Shown here in pieces: positions 1-8,714 of a DNA stretch of 50,988 nt. Numbering within the stretch: the stretch's first letter is position 1; every line of letters starts with the position of its first letter. The DNA is from an uncultured Clostridia bacterium (GTDB lineage: Bacteria > Bacillota > Clostridia > UMGS1810), in NCBI GenBank assembly GCA_937959315.1, contig CALGRC010000003.1, forward strand, positions 1 to 50,988. Direction: 5' to 3'. Under the pieces are notes generated by a model that was not told where the DNA came from, searched no databases, and worked only from the letters and a program-made list of their open reading frames with translations. A program made the translations under genes and the position numbers.

Positions 1-1035
1 GGCTATGCCCCAGAAATCGGCGCGCTGGACGTACTCAGCGCCACCATCCCCGCCGAATACTGCTTTGGCGCCTGCAAGGGCCAGGTCGCGCCGGGGCCGC
101 TGACTTTTGCCAAAATCTCCACAGATGAATTTAAGGGCGTGGTAAAATTTTATACCGGCGAGGGCGAATTTACCGACGATCCGATTCATACCCCGGGCGG
201 CAGTGCCTGTATCCAGGTCAAGGGCCTGCAAAAGCTGATGGAAGAAGACCCCACCTTTACCGTGACGCAAAATACCGAGACCCACCAAACCATTTTATCG
301 GGCGCGGGCGAACAGCACCTGGCGGTCATCGTCAGCAAGCTTGCTTCCAAATTCGGCGTATCAGTCGATTTGACCCCGCCCAAAATCGCCTACCGCGAGA
401 CCATCCGCAAAACGGTCAAAGCCGAAGGCAAACACAAAAAGCAATCGGGCGGCCACGGGCAGTACGGGCATGTTTGGATTACCTTTGAGCCGTGCGACAG
501 CGACACGCTGGTGTTTGAAGAGCAGGTGTTCGGCGGCAGCGTGCCCAAAAACTACTTCCCGGCCGTAGAAAAGGGCCTGCAGGACTGCATGGCGCACGGC
601 GTGGTTGCCGGCTACCCGGTAACCGGCCTCAAGGCCACGCTGTTAGACGGCAGCTACCACCCGGTGGATTCGTCGGAAATGGCGTTTAAAACCGCGGCTT
701 CGCTGGCCTACAAGGCAGGGCTGGCGCAGGCAGACCCGGTGCTTTTAGAGCCCATCGGCAATTTGCGGGTGGTGGCCAAAAACGCCTACACCGGCGATAT
801 TGTGGGCGATATCAACAAGCGCCGCGGCCGCATTTTGGGCATGAACCCGCTGGAAGGCGACCTGTCCGAGGTGCTTGCCGCCGTACCAGAGGCGGAAATG
901 GCCAGCTATGCCACCGATTTGCGCGCCGTCACCGGCGGGCGGGGCAGCTTTTCCTTCGCCTTTGACCACTACGAAGAGGTGCCGCGCAATTTGTATGATA
1001 AAATCATTGCCGACGCACAGCAGGATAAAAATTAA
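1..1035 (+). CDS. EF-G family translation GTPase paralogue, domains III-V (5'-partial ORF; first ~80 codons are not EF-G-like, see findings)
   Basis: Frame 1 is open from nt 1, so the Met at 139 in the track is internal. From EEDPTFTV onward the sequence shows SGAGEQHL, PKIAYRETIRK, KHKKQSGGHGQYGHVWI, GYPVTGLKATLLDGSYHPVDSSEMAFK, LLEPI and RRGRI, the EF-G/Tet(M) domain III-IV-V pattern. TAA at 1033-1035 is followed by a terminator. Confidence 0.8.
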   Translation, partial: GYAPEIGALDVLSATIPAEYCFGACKGQVAPGPLTFAKISTDEFKGVVKFYTGEGEFTDDPIHTPGGSACIQVKGLQKLMEEDPTFTVTQNTETHQTILSGAGEQHLAVIVSKLASKFGVSVDLTPPKIAYRETIRKTVKAEGKHKKQSGGHGQYGHVWITFEPCDSDTLVFEEQVFGGSVPKNYFPAVEKGLQDCMAHGVVAGYPVTGLKATLLDGSYHPVDSSEMAFKTAASLAYKAGLAQADPVLLEPIGNLRVVAKNAYTGDIVGDINKRRGRILGMNPLEGDLSEVLAAVPEAEMASYATDLRAVTGGRGSFSFAFDHYEEVPRNLYDKIIADAQQDKN

Positions 1036-1041
1036 CAGCAA

Positions 1042-1074
1042 AAAAGCTGCCCCTGGTTTGGGGCAGCTTTTTTG
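1042..1074 (+). terminator. rho-independent terminator after the EF-G-like gene
   Basis: AAAAGCTGCCCC / TGGTTT loop / GGGGCAGCTTTT, then a T-run, starting 7 nt after the stop codon. Confidence 0.8.
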
Positions 1075-1155
1075 TATGCGGCCCGCGCTTGCCTTTTGCC
1101 AAAAACTGTGGTATGATGAAAAAACTGACGTTTTTTGTAAAAGGAGTGACATAAA

Positions 1156-2523
1156 TTGGAACGTTCCAGCAAAATGGGCGAAGCGCCCATGCTCAAACTC
1201 ATCATTTCCATGTCGCTGCCGGCCATGTTTTCCATGCTGATACAAGCGCTGTACAACATTGTGGACTCCATGTTCGTCGCACAAATCGGCGAGGACGCGC
1301 TCACTGCCGTTTCACTGGCCTTCCCGGTACAAATGCTGCTGATTGCGGTGGGGGTGGGCACCGGCGTGGGCATCAACTCGCTGGTGGCCCGCCGGCTGGG
1401 CGAGCAGCACAGGGCCGACGCCGATGCAGCGGCCACCCACGGCATGGTGCTGGGCTTTTTGATGTGGGTGCTGTTCGCCGTTTTAGGCGCGCTGCTTACC
1501 CGGCCGTTTATTGGGCTGTTTACCGCAGACGCGCAAATTTTAAGCATGGGCAGCGACTATCTTTGGGTGGTTACCGTCTTTTCCTTTGGCGTATTTTTGG
1601 AGCTGACGGTGGAAAAAACCCTGCAAGCCACTGGGAATATGGTTTTCCCCATGCTGTTCCAGCTCACCGGGGCCGTCATCAATATCATTTTAGACCCCAT
1701 TTTCATCTTCGGGCTGGCAGGCGTCCCCGCATTCGGCGTCAAAGGCGCGGCCATCGCTACCGTCATCGGGCAGATTGCAGCTATGGCGCTGTCCATGTGC
1801 GTGATGTTTTTCAAAAAGCACGACGTCCATATCACCTTCCGCCATTTCAAATGGGACTGGCGTATTGTGCGCGATATCTACGCTGTCGGTGTGCCGTCCA
1901 TCATCATGCAGTCCATCGGCTCCTTTTTGGTCATGGGCTTAAACGCCGTATTGGCGCGGTTTGAATCTGCCGTCGCCGTACTGGGCATTTATTACAAGCT
2001 GCAATCGTTTGTGTTCATGCCGGTATTTGGGCTCACCCAGGGGGTGCTGCCCATCATGGGCTACAATTACGGCGCGCGCAGCAAGCAGCGGCTGATGCAC
2101 GCGCTCAAAATCGGCATTGTCATTGCCGTTGCCATTATGGCGCTGGGCACCTTGCTGTTCTGGCTGGGTACCGACTGGCTGCTGGCGCTGTTTAAAGCCA
2201 CGCCGCAGGATGCACCCGCCATGTATGCCACCGGCGTGGACGCACTGCGCCTGATTAGCCTGAGCTTTATCCCGGCGGCGCTGGGGATTTTGTTTTCCAC
2301 GCTGTTCCAGGCCACCGGCTTTGGCGTCCGTTCGCTCATTGTGTCAGTCTTGCGGCAGCTAGTGGTCATCCTGCCGTGCGCGTGGGCCTTTTCATTTATC
2401 AGTGTGCATGCGGTTTGGTATGCCTTCCCGCTGGCTGAAGTGGTATCGTTCGCCGTCAGTATCCTGCTGTTTTGGACGCTCTACAACAAGCGTCTCCGCC
2501 ACCTGGCGCCGGAGGCGGTATGA
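1156..2523 (+). CDS. MATE family efflux transporter
   Basis: 455 aa, hydrophobic throughout. The N-terminal pattern LPAMFSMLIQALYNIVDSMFVAQIGEDALTAVSLAFP is typical of MATE/NorM-DinF proteins. TTG 1156 lies 9 nt after AAGGAG (1141-1146); in-frame ATG 1174 is an alternative start. Confidence 0.85.
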   Translation: MERSSKMGEAPMLKLIISMSLPAMFSMLIQALYNIVDSMFVAQIGEDALTAVSLAFPVQMLLIAVGVGTGVGINSLVARRLGEQHRADADAAATHGMVLGFLMWVLFAVLGALLTRPFIGLFTADAQILSMGSDYLWVVTVFSFGVFLELTVEKTLQATGNMVFPMLFQLTGAVINIILDPIFIFGLAGVPAFGVKGAAIATVIGQIAAMALSMCVMFFKKHDVHITFRHFKWDWRIVRDIYAVGVPSIIMQSIGSFLVMGLNAVLARFESAVAVLGIYYKLQSFVFMPVFGLTQGVLPIMGYNYGARSKQRLMHALKIGIVIAVAIMALGTLLFWLGTDWLLALFKATPQDAPAMYATGVDALRLISLSFIPAALGILFSTLFQATGFGVRSLIVSVLRQLVVILPCAWAFSFISVHAVWYAFPLAEVVSFAVSILLFWTLYNKRLRHLAPEAV

Positions 2524-2840
2524 GCGGGTTTTATGAAAAGGTGTACCAAGCGGTAGCCCGTATCCCGCGCGGCAAAGTTGCCACCTACGGGCAGATTGCC
2601 GCGCTGTGCGGCAGCCCGCGCGCCAGTCGCGCCGTCGGATGGGCGCTGCACGTCAACCCGTATCCCGGCGCCGTCCCCTGCCACCGGGTGGTCAACCGCC
2701 ATGGCGCGCTGTGCAAGGCGTTTGTATTCGGCGGGCCGGGCATCCAGCAAAAACTGCTGGAGGACGAGGGCGTTATGGTGGGCAATGACGGGAAAATCGA
2801 CCTATCCCGTTATCTGTGGGACATATCCAGCCAAACCTAG
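2520..2840 (+). CDS. MGMT-family (methylated-DNA--protein-cysteine methyltransferase, DNA-binding domain) protein
   Basis: 106 aa from ATG 2520, which overlaps the MATE stop as ATGA. It contains IPRGKVATYGQIA and the PCHRVV active-site motif of the Ogt/Ada C-terminal domain. The upstream part of the track ORF (2472-) is read-through in GC-rich DNA. Confidence 0.8.
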   Translation: MSGFYEKVYQAVARIPRGKVATYGQIAALCGSPRASRAVGWALHVNPYPGAVPCHRVVNRHGALCKAFVFGGPGIQQKLLEDEGVMVGNDGKIDLSRYLWDISSQT

Positions 2841-2864
2841 CATATATATGATATCAAACCAAGG

Positions 2865-2893
2865 AAAACCGCACGCAGCCGTGCGGTTTTTTT
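2865..2893 (+). terminator. rho-independent terminator
   Basis: CCGCACG / CAGC / CGTGCGG stem-loop followed by TTTTTTT. Confidence 0.75.
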
Positions 2894-2922
2894 ACGCCTT
2901 TTTTAAAGGAGGAGGAACAGCC

Positions 2923-3522
2923 ATGATGAACTATATCTGGGTGGGGATGGTGCTGTTTTCGCTTGCCTGCGCGGCGTTTACCGGCCGGCTGGACAAGACC
3001 ATGCAGGCGGCCTTTTCCGGCGCCAACCAGGCCCTTGCCACCGTACTGGGGTTTTTGGGGGTGATGTGCCTGTGGACGGGGCTGATGCGCATTGCTGAGC
3101 GCGCAGGGCTGACAAACGTGTTTGCCCGCGCCATCCGCCCGCTGGGGCGGCTGATATTCCCGCGCTTAGACCCCAAATCGCCCGCTTTTTCGGCCATTTC
3201 CATGAACATGGTCGCCAACATGCTGGGCCTTGCCAACGCCGCCACCCCGCTGGGGCTCAAAGCCATGCAGGAACTGGAACAGCGCAACCGTACGCCCGGC
3301 CGGGCCAGCGATGAAATGTGTGCATTCGTCGTGCTCAACACCGCATCCATCCAGCTCATCCCCTCTACCCTCATTGGCATCCGTGCGTCCATGGGCAGCG
3401 CCGCGCCCGCCGAAATCATCCTGCCCGTCTGGCTGGTGTCCATCGCTGCTGCCACGGCCGGTATTGCTGCGGTGCGGCTGTGCGCCGCCCGCGGGCGGCG
3501 GAAGGGGCGGGCGGCATGCTGA
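2923..3522 (+). CDS. spmA: spore maturation protein A (nucleoside-recognition/Gate domain membrane protein)
   Basis: ATG 2923 follows AAGGAGGAGG. The 199-aa membrane protein begins MMNYIWVGMVLFSL... and is paired with an overlapping spmB-like partner. The 2578 start in the track is a GC-driven extension. Confidence 0.75.
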   Translation: MMNYIWVGMVLFSLACAAFTGRLDKTMQAAFSGANQALATVLGFLGVMCLWTGLMRIAERAGLTNVFARAIRPLGRLIFPRLDPKSPAFSAISMNMVANMLGLANAATPLGLKAMQELEQRNRTPGRASDEMCAFVVLNTASIQLIPSTLIGIRASMGSAAPAEIILPVWLVSIAAATAGIAAVRLCAARGRRKGRAAC

Positions 3523-4052
3523 GGGCAGTTTCGGCCATTTCCTCGTGGGCCATGCCGCTGATGATGTTTGGCATCCTCGCCTTCGGGCTTTACCGCCGGG
3601 TGCCGGTGTACGACGCCTTTTTAGAGGGCGCAAAGGAAGGCTTAAAAACCGGCGTTTCCATCATCCCGCCGATATTGGGGCTTTTAGTGGCCATCGGTAT
3701 GCTGCGGGCCTCCGGCGCGCTGGAGCTCATCACGGCCGCCATCCGCCCGGTGACCGATTTCCTGCGCTTCCCGCCCGAAATTGTCCCGTTCGCGCTCATG
3801 CGGCCCATGTCAGGCGGCGGGTCGCTGGCGCTGGCGACCGATTTGTTCCAGCAGTACGGCGCCGACAGCTTGATCGGCCGCGCGGTGTCGGTCATGATGG
3901 GTTCCACAGAGACAACATTTTATACACTCGCAGTGTATTTTGGCGCGGTGGGCGTTAAAAATACCCGCTACACCGTCAAATGCGCGCTTTTGGCCGACAT
4001 GGCCGGTATTTTGCTGTCAGTGTGGGTATGCTGTTTTGTTTTTGGCGGATAA
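3516..4052 (+). CDS. spmB: spore maturation protein B
   Basis: ATG 3516 overlaps the spmA stop (ATGCTGA). The 178-aa membrane protein contains ...MRPMSGGGSLALATDLFQQYGADSLIGRAVSVMMGSTETTFYTLAVYFG..., typical of SpmB. Confidence 0.75.
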   Translation: MLRAVSAISSWAMPLMMFGILAFGLYRRVPVYDAFLEGAKEGLKTGVSIIPPILGLLVAIGMLRASGALELITAAIRPVTDFLRFPPEIVPFALMRPMSGGGSLALATDLFQQYGADSLIGRAVSVMMGSTETTFYTLAVYFGAVGVKNTRYTVKCALLADMAGILLSVWVCCFVFGG

Positions 4053-4119
4053 ATCCTTGCGAAATGCTGAAAATAATGATAAAATAGGAAAAAGTGTTTA
4101 CAAAAGGAAGGGATTTCCC

Positions 4120-6042
4120 ATGAGCGAAAAATTTTATATTACGACGGCCATTGCCTATACCTCGCGCAAGCCGCACATCGGCAACACCTACGAGGCCATC
4201 TATACCGACGCCATTGCGCGGTTCCAGCGCATGCTGGGCAAGGATGTGTTTTTCTTGACCGGCACCGACGAGCACGGGCAGAAAATTGAGGAGATTGCCA
4301 AGGAAGCGGGCGTTTCCTGCCAGGACTATGTGGACGGGGTGGCGGGTGAAATCCGCGCCATTTGGGATAGGATGAACGTCAGCTACGATAAGTTTATCCG
4401 CACCACCGACGGCTATCACGTGAAGGCGGTACAAAAAATCTTCAAACAGCTCTACGACCAGGGGGACATTTACAAGGGCGAATACGAGGGCTGGTACTGT
4501 ACGCCGTGCGAGTCCTTTTTCACCGACACGCAGATTGTGGACGGCAAGTGCCCCGACTGCGGCCGCCCGGTGCAAAAGACCAAGGAAGAGGCGTACTTTT
4601 TCAAAATGTCCAACTACCAGGACAAGCTGATGGATTATATCGAGTCCCATCCGGAGTTTATCCAGCCGGAAAGCCGCAAAAAAGAGATGGTCAACAACTT
4701 TTTAAAGCCGGGCCTGCAGGATTTGTGCGTATCCCGCACATCGTTCAAATGGGGCATCCCCGTCACCTTTGATGACAAGCACGTCATCTATGTGTGGATT
4801 GACGCGCTTTCCAACTACATCACGGCGCTGGGCTACGGCTCGGACGACGACAGCCTGTACCGCAAATACTGGCCGGCGGATGTACACGTCATCGGCAAGG
4901 ACATTTTGCGGTTCCATACGATATACTGGCCCATTATGCTCATGGCACTGGGGCAGCCGCTGCCCAAGCAGATTTTTGGGCACCCGTGGCTGCTGTTTGG
5001 CGAAGACAAAATGAGCAAATCGCGCGGCAACGTCATTTACGCCGACCATTTGGCGGACAAATTCGGCACCGACGCGGTGCGTTACTATGTGCTGCGCGAG
5101 ATGCCCTTTGCGCAGGACGGGACCATTACGTATGAAAACATCATCGCCCGCTACAACGCCGATTTGGCAAACACGCTGGGCAACCTGGTCAACCGCACGG
5201 TGGCCATGGCGCAGAAATATTTCGGCGGCAAAGTCGCCTGCACCGGCGCATCCGACCCGCTGGACGGCGAGGTGATGGCGCAGTGCGCCGCCGCCCGGGA
5301 CGAGCTGGTGGCAAAAATGAACGAGCTGCGTGCCGCCGACGCGCTGGAAAGCTTAATGGCGCTGGCGCGGCGGTGCAACAAATACATCGACGAGACCGCG
5401 CCGTGGGCGCTGGCCAAGGAGGAATCCAAGCTGCCGCGGCTGCAAACGGTGCTGTACACCCTGCTGGAAGCCATCCGGTTTATCGGCATCCTGTGCGCGC
5501 CGTTTATGCCCGAAACATCTGAAAAAATCCTGGCGCAGATTGGCGCGGAGGAAACTGGTTTTGAAAGCCTGTCCGCCTTCCGGCTGGACGCACAGGTGCA
5601 GGCCGGAACCCCCGAACCGCTGTTTGCGCGCATTGACGAAAAGAAGCTGCTCTCAGAGCTGGCCGCCGCAGCGCCTGCGCCGGAAGCCAAAAAAGAGGAA
5701 AAGGGGCCGGAGACCAAGCCGGAAATTACCATCGACGACTTTGGAAAAATAGAACTCAAAGTTGGAAAAGTGCTGGAATGCAAGCCAGTGGAGGGCGCGG
5801 ACAAGCTGCTGGTGTCGCAAATCCAAATCGGCGGCGAGGTGCGGCAGATTGTCTCGGGCATTGCCAAATACTACACGCCGGACGAAATGGTGGGCAAAAA
5901 GGTGGTTGTCGTCACCAACCTAAAGCCGGTCAAGCTGCGCGGGGTGCTCAGCCAGGGCATGGTGCTGTGCGCGTCAGAGGGCGGCAAACTGTCGCTGGTA
6001 TCGCCGGACGACGCCATTCCCGACGGCGCGGAGGTGCGGTAA
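4120..6042 (+). CDS. metG: methionine--tRNA ligase with C-terminal tRNA-binding (EMAP/Trbp111-like) domain
   Basis: The protein starts MSEKFYITTAIAYTSRKPHIGN (HIGH-type motif). It has the zinc knuckle CTPCESF..CPDCGRP, the KMSKS motif (EDKMSKSRGN), and a C-terminal KVGKVLECKPVEGADKLLVSQIQIG OB-fold. ATG 4120 follows AAGGAAGGG. Confidence 0.95.
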   Translation: MSEKFYITTAIAYTSRKPHIGNTYEAIYTDAIARFQRMLGKDVFFLTGTDEHGQKIEEIAKEAGVSCQDYVDGVAGEIRAIWDRMNVSYDKFIRTTDGYHVKAVQKIFKQLYDQGDIYKGEYEGWYCTPCESFFTDTQIVDGKCPDCGRPVQKTKEEAYFFKMSNYQDKLMDYIESHPEFIQPESRKKEMVNNFLKPGLQDLCVSRTSFKWGIPVTFDDKHVIYVWIDALSNYITALGYGSDDDSLYRKYWPADVHVIGKDILRFHTIYWPIMLMALGQPLPKQIFGHPWLLFGEDKMSKSRGNVIYADHLADKFGTDAVRYYVLREMPFAQDGTITYENIIARYNADLANTLGNLVNRTVAMAQKYFGGKVACTGASDPLDGEVMAQCAAARDELVAKMNELRAADALESLMALARRCNKYIDETAPWALAKEESKLPRLQTVLYTLLEAIRFIGILCAPFMPETSEKILAQIGAEETGFESLSAFRLDAQVQAGTPEPLFARIDEKKLLSELAAAAPAPEAKKEEKGPETKPEITIDDFGKIELKVGKVLECKPVEGADKLLVSQIQIGGEVRQIVSGIAKYYTPDEMVGKKVVVVTNLKPVKLRGVLSQGMVLCASEGGKLSLVSPDDAIPDGAEVR

Positions 6043-6810
6043 ATGTACTTTGATTCCCATGCGCACTTTGACGACCGCCAGTTTGACGCCGACCGGGAAG
6101 CGCTGCTGTCCTCCATGGCGGCAAACGGCATTTCCAACATTGTGGACATTGGCGCGGATTTGCCCAGCAGCCGCCGGGCAGTCAAGCTTGCTGAAACCTA
6201 CCCGTTCCTGTACGCAGCGGTGGGGGTCCACCCCAGCGAGGTGGGACGGATGGACGAAGGGACGCTGACTGCCATTGCCGAGCTGTGCCAGCAGCATAAA
6301 AAGGTGGTGGCCATCGGCGAAATTGGCCTGGACTACCACTACGACGACGGCCCGGCGCGCAGCACGCAGGTTTTTTGGTTCAAACAGCAAATGAAGCTGG
6401 CATGGCACCTGAAAAAGCCGGTTGTCATCCACAGCCGGGACGCAACGGAAGACACCATCAAGGTTTTAAAGCAGGAAAAAGCGCACGGCGGGATCCTGCA
6501 CTGCTTTTCAGGAAGCTGGGAGAGTGCGAAAATCTTTTTGGACTTGGGCTACCACATCTCGTTTGCCGGGCCGGTGACCTTTAAAAATGCGCGCAGCCTG
6601 CCAGACGTTGCGGCGCGTGTGCCGGACGGACGGCTGCTCATTGAAACCGACTGCCCGTACCTTGCGCCCGAGCCCCACCGGGGGACGCGCAACAACTCCA
6701 TCTATGTCAAGGAAGTGGCAAAAAAGCTGGCTGAGATCCGCGGCACCACGCCCGAAGCCATTGCCCGCCTGACATCTGACAACGCAAAACGGCTATTCCA
6801 TATCCAATAA
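6043..6810 (+). CDS. tatD: TatD/YabD family metal-dependent hydrolase (DNase)
   Basis: The protein starts MYFDSHAHFDD and contains ...GEIGLDYHY...VIHSRDA...LHCFSG...ETDCPYLAP. It abuts the metG stop (TAAATG), matching the metS-yabD arrangement of Bacillus. Confidence 0.9.
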   Translation: MYFDSHAHFDDRQFDADREALLSSMAANGISNIVDIGADLPSSRRAVKLAETYPFLYAAVGVHPSEVGRMDEGTLTAIAELCQQHKKVVAIGEIGLDYHYDDGPARSTQVFWFKQQMKLAWHLKKPVVIHSRDATEDTIKVLKQEKAHGGILHCFSGSWESAKIFLDLGYHISFAGPVTFKNARSLPDVAARVPDGRLLIETDCPYLAPEPHRGTRNNSIYVKEVAKKLAEIRGTTPEAIARLTSDNAKRLFHIQ

Positions 6811-6813
6811 TAC

Positions 6814-6855
6814 AAAAAAACGCGGGATGCAATAAAGGAATCCCGCGTTTTTTTG
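6814..6855 (+). terminator. rho-independent terminator (A-run/T-run flanked, could act in both directions)
   Basis: AAAAAAACGCGGGA / 13-nt loop / TCCCGCGTTTTTTTG. Confidence 0.75.
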
Positions 6856-6948
6856 TTATTTTACAAATTTTTTATAAATTCTTCATCTGGATTTATGAAT
6901 CCTCTGCTATGATAAAATCGTTCTAGACAATAGAAAGGACAAAGGAGG

Positions 6949-7296
6949 ATGGCGCCCATGCTGCCAATTGTCAAATTTGAACTGAAAAAAGCCCTGCGCA
7001 ACGGAAGCTTTTTTGCCTGCGGCGCGGTCTGCCTGCTGGGGATCGCCATATTGGCGGTCTGGATGCAGTCGCTGTCCGCCGTCCGGCTGATGCGCGTATT
7101 CCCCCTCCTTGCCATCCCGGCGGCGGCTGTTTGTATGCCCAATGTCCGGCAGGGCGCCTCCCCGCTGTTTCTTTCGTTCCCCCTGCGGCGGCGCGCGGTG
7201 GCTGCGGGCAAATGCTCCGCCGCCGCGCTGACGCTGCTATTTTGGGCAGGCATCTGCACGCTGGTACTGCTGGCGCCCGCGCTGTTTGCCCGGTAA
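6949..7296 (+). CDS. small hydrophobic protein (possible membrane partner of the downstream ABC ATPase)
   Basis: 115 aa after AAAGGAGGA, with 3-4 predicted hydrophobic spans. The N-terminus MLPIVKFELKKAL resembles ABC-2 permease starts, but the protein is much shorter. No family was recognised. Confidence 0.45.
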   Translation: MAPMLPIVKFELKKALRNGSFFACGAVCLLGIAILAVWMQSLSAVRLMRVFPLLAIPAAAVCMPNVRQGASPLFLSFPLRRRAVAAGKCSAAALTLLFWAGICTLVLLAPALFAR

Positions 7297-7311
7297 GGAG
7301 GCCTGCAGATT

Positions 7312-7923
7312 ATGCCACTTACCGTAGCCAACCTTTGCAAATCCTATGGGCAGGCGCCCATATTCCAACATATATCTTTTTGCGCAGACGCAGGCGCGTT
7401 TGCCATTACCGGCGCGCCGGGCAGCGGCAAAAGCACGCTTTTCCGGATGATAGCCGGCCTGGAAGCCCCGGACAGCGGCAGGGTGCTGCTGGATGGGCAA
7501 AATTTGTACACAACCCCCGGCCTTGCCAAACGGCAGGTTGGGTTTTTGCCGCAGCGGCCGGTGCTGGACGGCGACGCCACAGCGGCGGATGTGCTGCACC
7601 TGTGTGCGCAGCTATCGGGCGAAAAGGACCGGCTGCGCCGCATTTACCAGGTAGAACGGCTGCTGCACCAGCTGGGGCTGGAAGGGGAAGCAAGGCAAAA
7701 AACAGCCCTTTTCACACTGGGTATGAAAAAACGGCTGTATCTGGCGGCCTGCCTTATCAAGCATCCCCGCGTGCTGCTGCTGGACGCCCCCGACCAAGGG
7801 CTAAACGGCTATGAACGGCAGCTAGTATCCGCCGTCATTGCACAGCAGGCCGCAAGCATTCCAGTGCTGTGCGCCCTGCAAAACCCAGCCGCCTTTTCGC
7901 TGCCGGTGCTGGCCGCTTTATAA
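7312..7923 (+). CDS. ABC transporter ATP-binding protein, degenerate catalytic motifs
   Basis: Walker A GAPGSGKST, Q-loop region FLPQRP and ABC-2-type signature TLGMKKRL are present. Walker B reads VLLLDAP (Ala where the catalytic Glu is expected), and there is no His in the H-loop region. 203 aa. Confidence 0.8.
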   Translation: MPLTVANLCKSYGQAPIFQHISFCADAGAFAITGAPGSGKSTLFRMIAGLEAPDSGRVLLDGQNLYTTPGLAKRQVGFLPQRPVLDGDATAADVLHLCAQLSGEKDRLRRIYQVERLLHQLGLEGEARQKTALFTLGMKKRLYLAACLIKHPRVLLLDAPDQGLNGYERQLVSAVIAQQAASIPVLCALQNPAAFSLPVLAAL

Positions 7924-8463
7924 CGGCAGATCATCCCTGCTGCGGCGCAGGCGTACCACCACCGGCCGGTAGAGCAATACCGCCAAAAGCGCGTTAATGC
8001 CGCCCTTGATGAGGTTAAACGGCAAAAATACAGGGATCAGCATTTGTACCACCGCTTCCCGCGGCGTTTTTAAATACAGCGGCGTCAGCAGATAATTCCA
8101 CAGCAGCATCACAACCGTCATGGCCGCAACGCCGGCCAAAAGCCCCGCAACCGCACCTTTGAAGGAGCGGTTTTTTTGATACGCCCACGCGGCCACACAG
8201 GCAAACGCACAGGAGGATATGACGTTCATCACCATACCGATGGGGCCGGTGGAACTGATGGTCACCATTTCGGCCAGCGATACCACCAGCGACACCGCAA
8301 ACGCGGCCAGCGGCCCATACAGCAGCCCGCCGATGACAATAATGACATCCTTCGGCTCATAACTTAAAAAAGCAAACATCGGTATGCGGCACACCGCCAC
8401 TGCCACATAGGCCATGGCGCACAGCATCCCGATTATTGTAATGGTTTTGGTACGGTCTTTCAT
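7918..8463 (-). CDS. ribU: ECF-transporter S component, riboflavin (RibU/FmnP-like)
   Basis: 181-aa protein with about 6 TM segments, including MKDRTKTITIIGMLCAMAYV...FLPFNLIKGGINALL. It sits directly downstream of an FMN riboswitch. ATG 8463 is 8 nt after AAAGGGG. Confidence 0.8.
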   Translation of the reverse strand: MKDRTKTITIIGMLCAMAYVAVAVCRIPMFAFLSYEPKDVIIVIGGLLYGPLAAFAVSLVVSLAEMVTISSTGPIGMVMNVISSCAFACVAAWAYQKNRSFKGAVAGLLAGVAAMTVVMLLWNYLLTPLYLKTPREAVVQMLIPVFLPFNLIKGGINALLAVLLYRPVVVRLRRSRDDLPL

Positions 8464-8498
8464 GTTGACAGCCCCTTTCTGAAATTAAAAATACAAAC

Positions 8499-8693
8499 AA
8501 AAAACGCGCCCGGAGGATTTTTCTTCCGGGCGCGCGTCCTTTTGCCGGGCAGGCTGCACATATGCACGGCCTGCCGCTTTTTCCTTCTCTCATCCAGACT
8601 CTACTGTCGGTTTTGGAATTGCACCAAATCAGCGCCTGCGCGCTCGCGGACTGTCACCGCCGGTCGGGAATTGCACCCTGCCCCGAAGATCCT
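8499..8693 (-). promoter_or_regulatory. FMN riboswitch (RFN element) with terminator expression platform
   Basis: The minus strand reads AGGATCTTCGGGGCAGGGTGCAATTCCCGACCGGCGGTGACAGTCCGCGAGCGC..GCTGATTTGGTGCAATTCCAAAACCGACAGTAGAGTCTGGATGAGAGAAGGAA (8581-8693), matching the conserved RFN core. It is followed by the hairpin CGCGCCCGGA/TCCGGGCGCG plus a T-run (8499-8534), and then the ribU RBS. Confidence 0.92.
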
Positions 8694-8714
8694 ATTTACT
8701 TGTATCGTTGCTTT

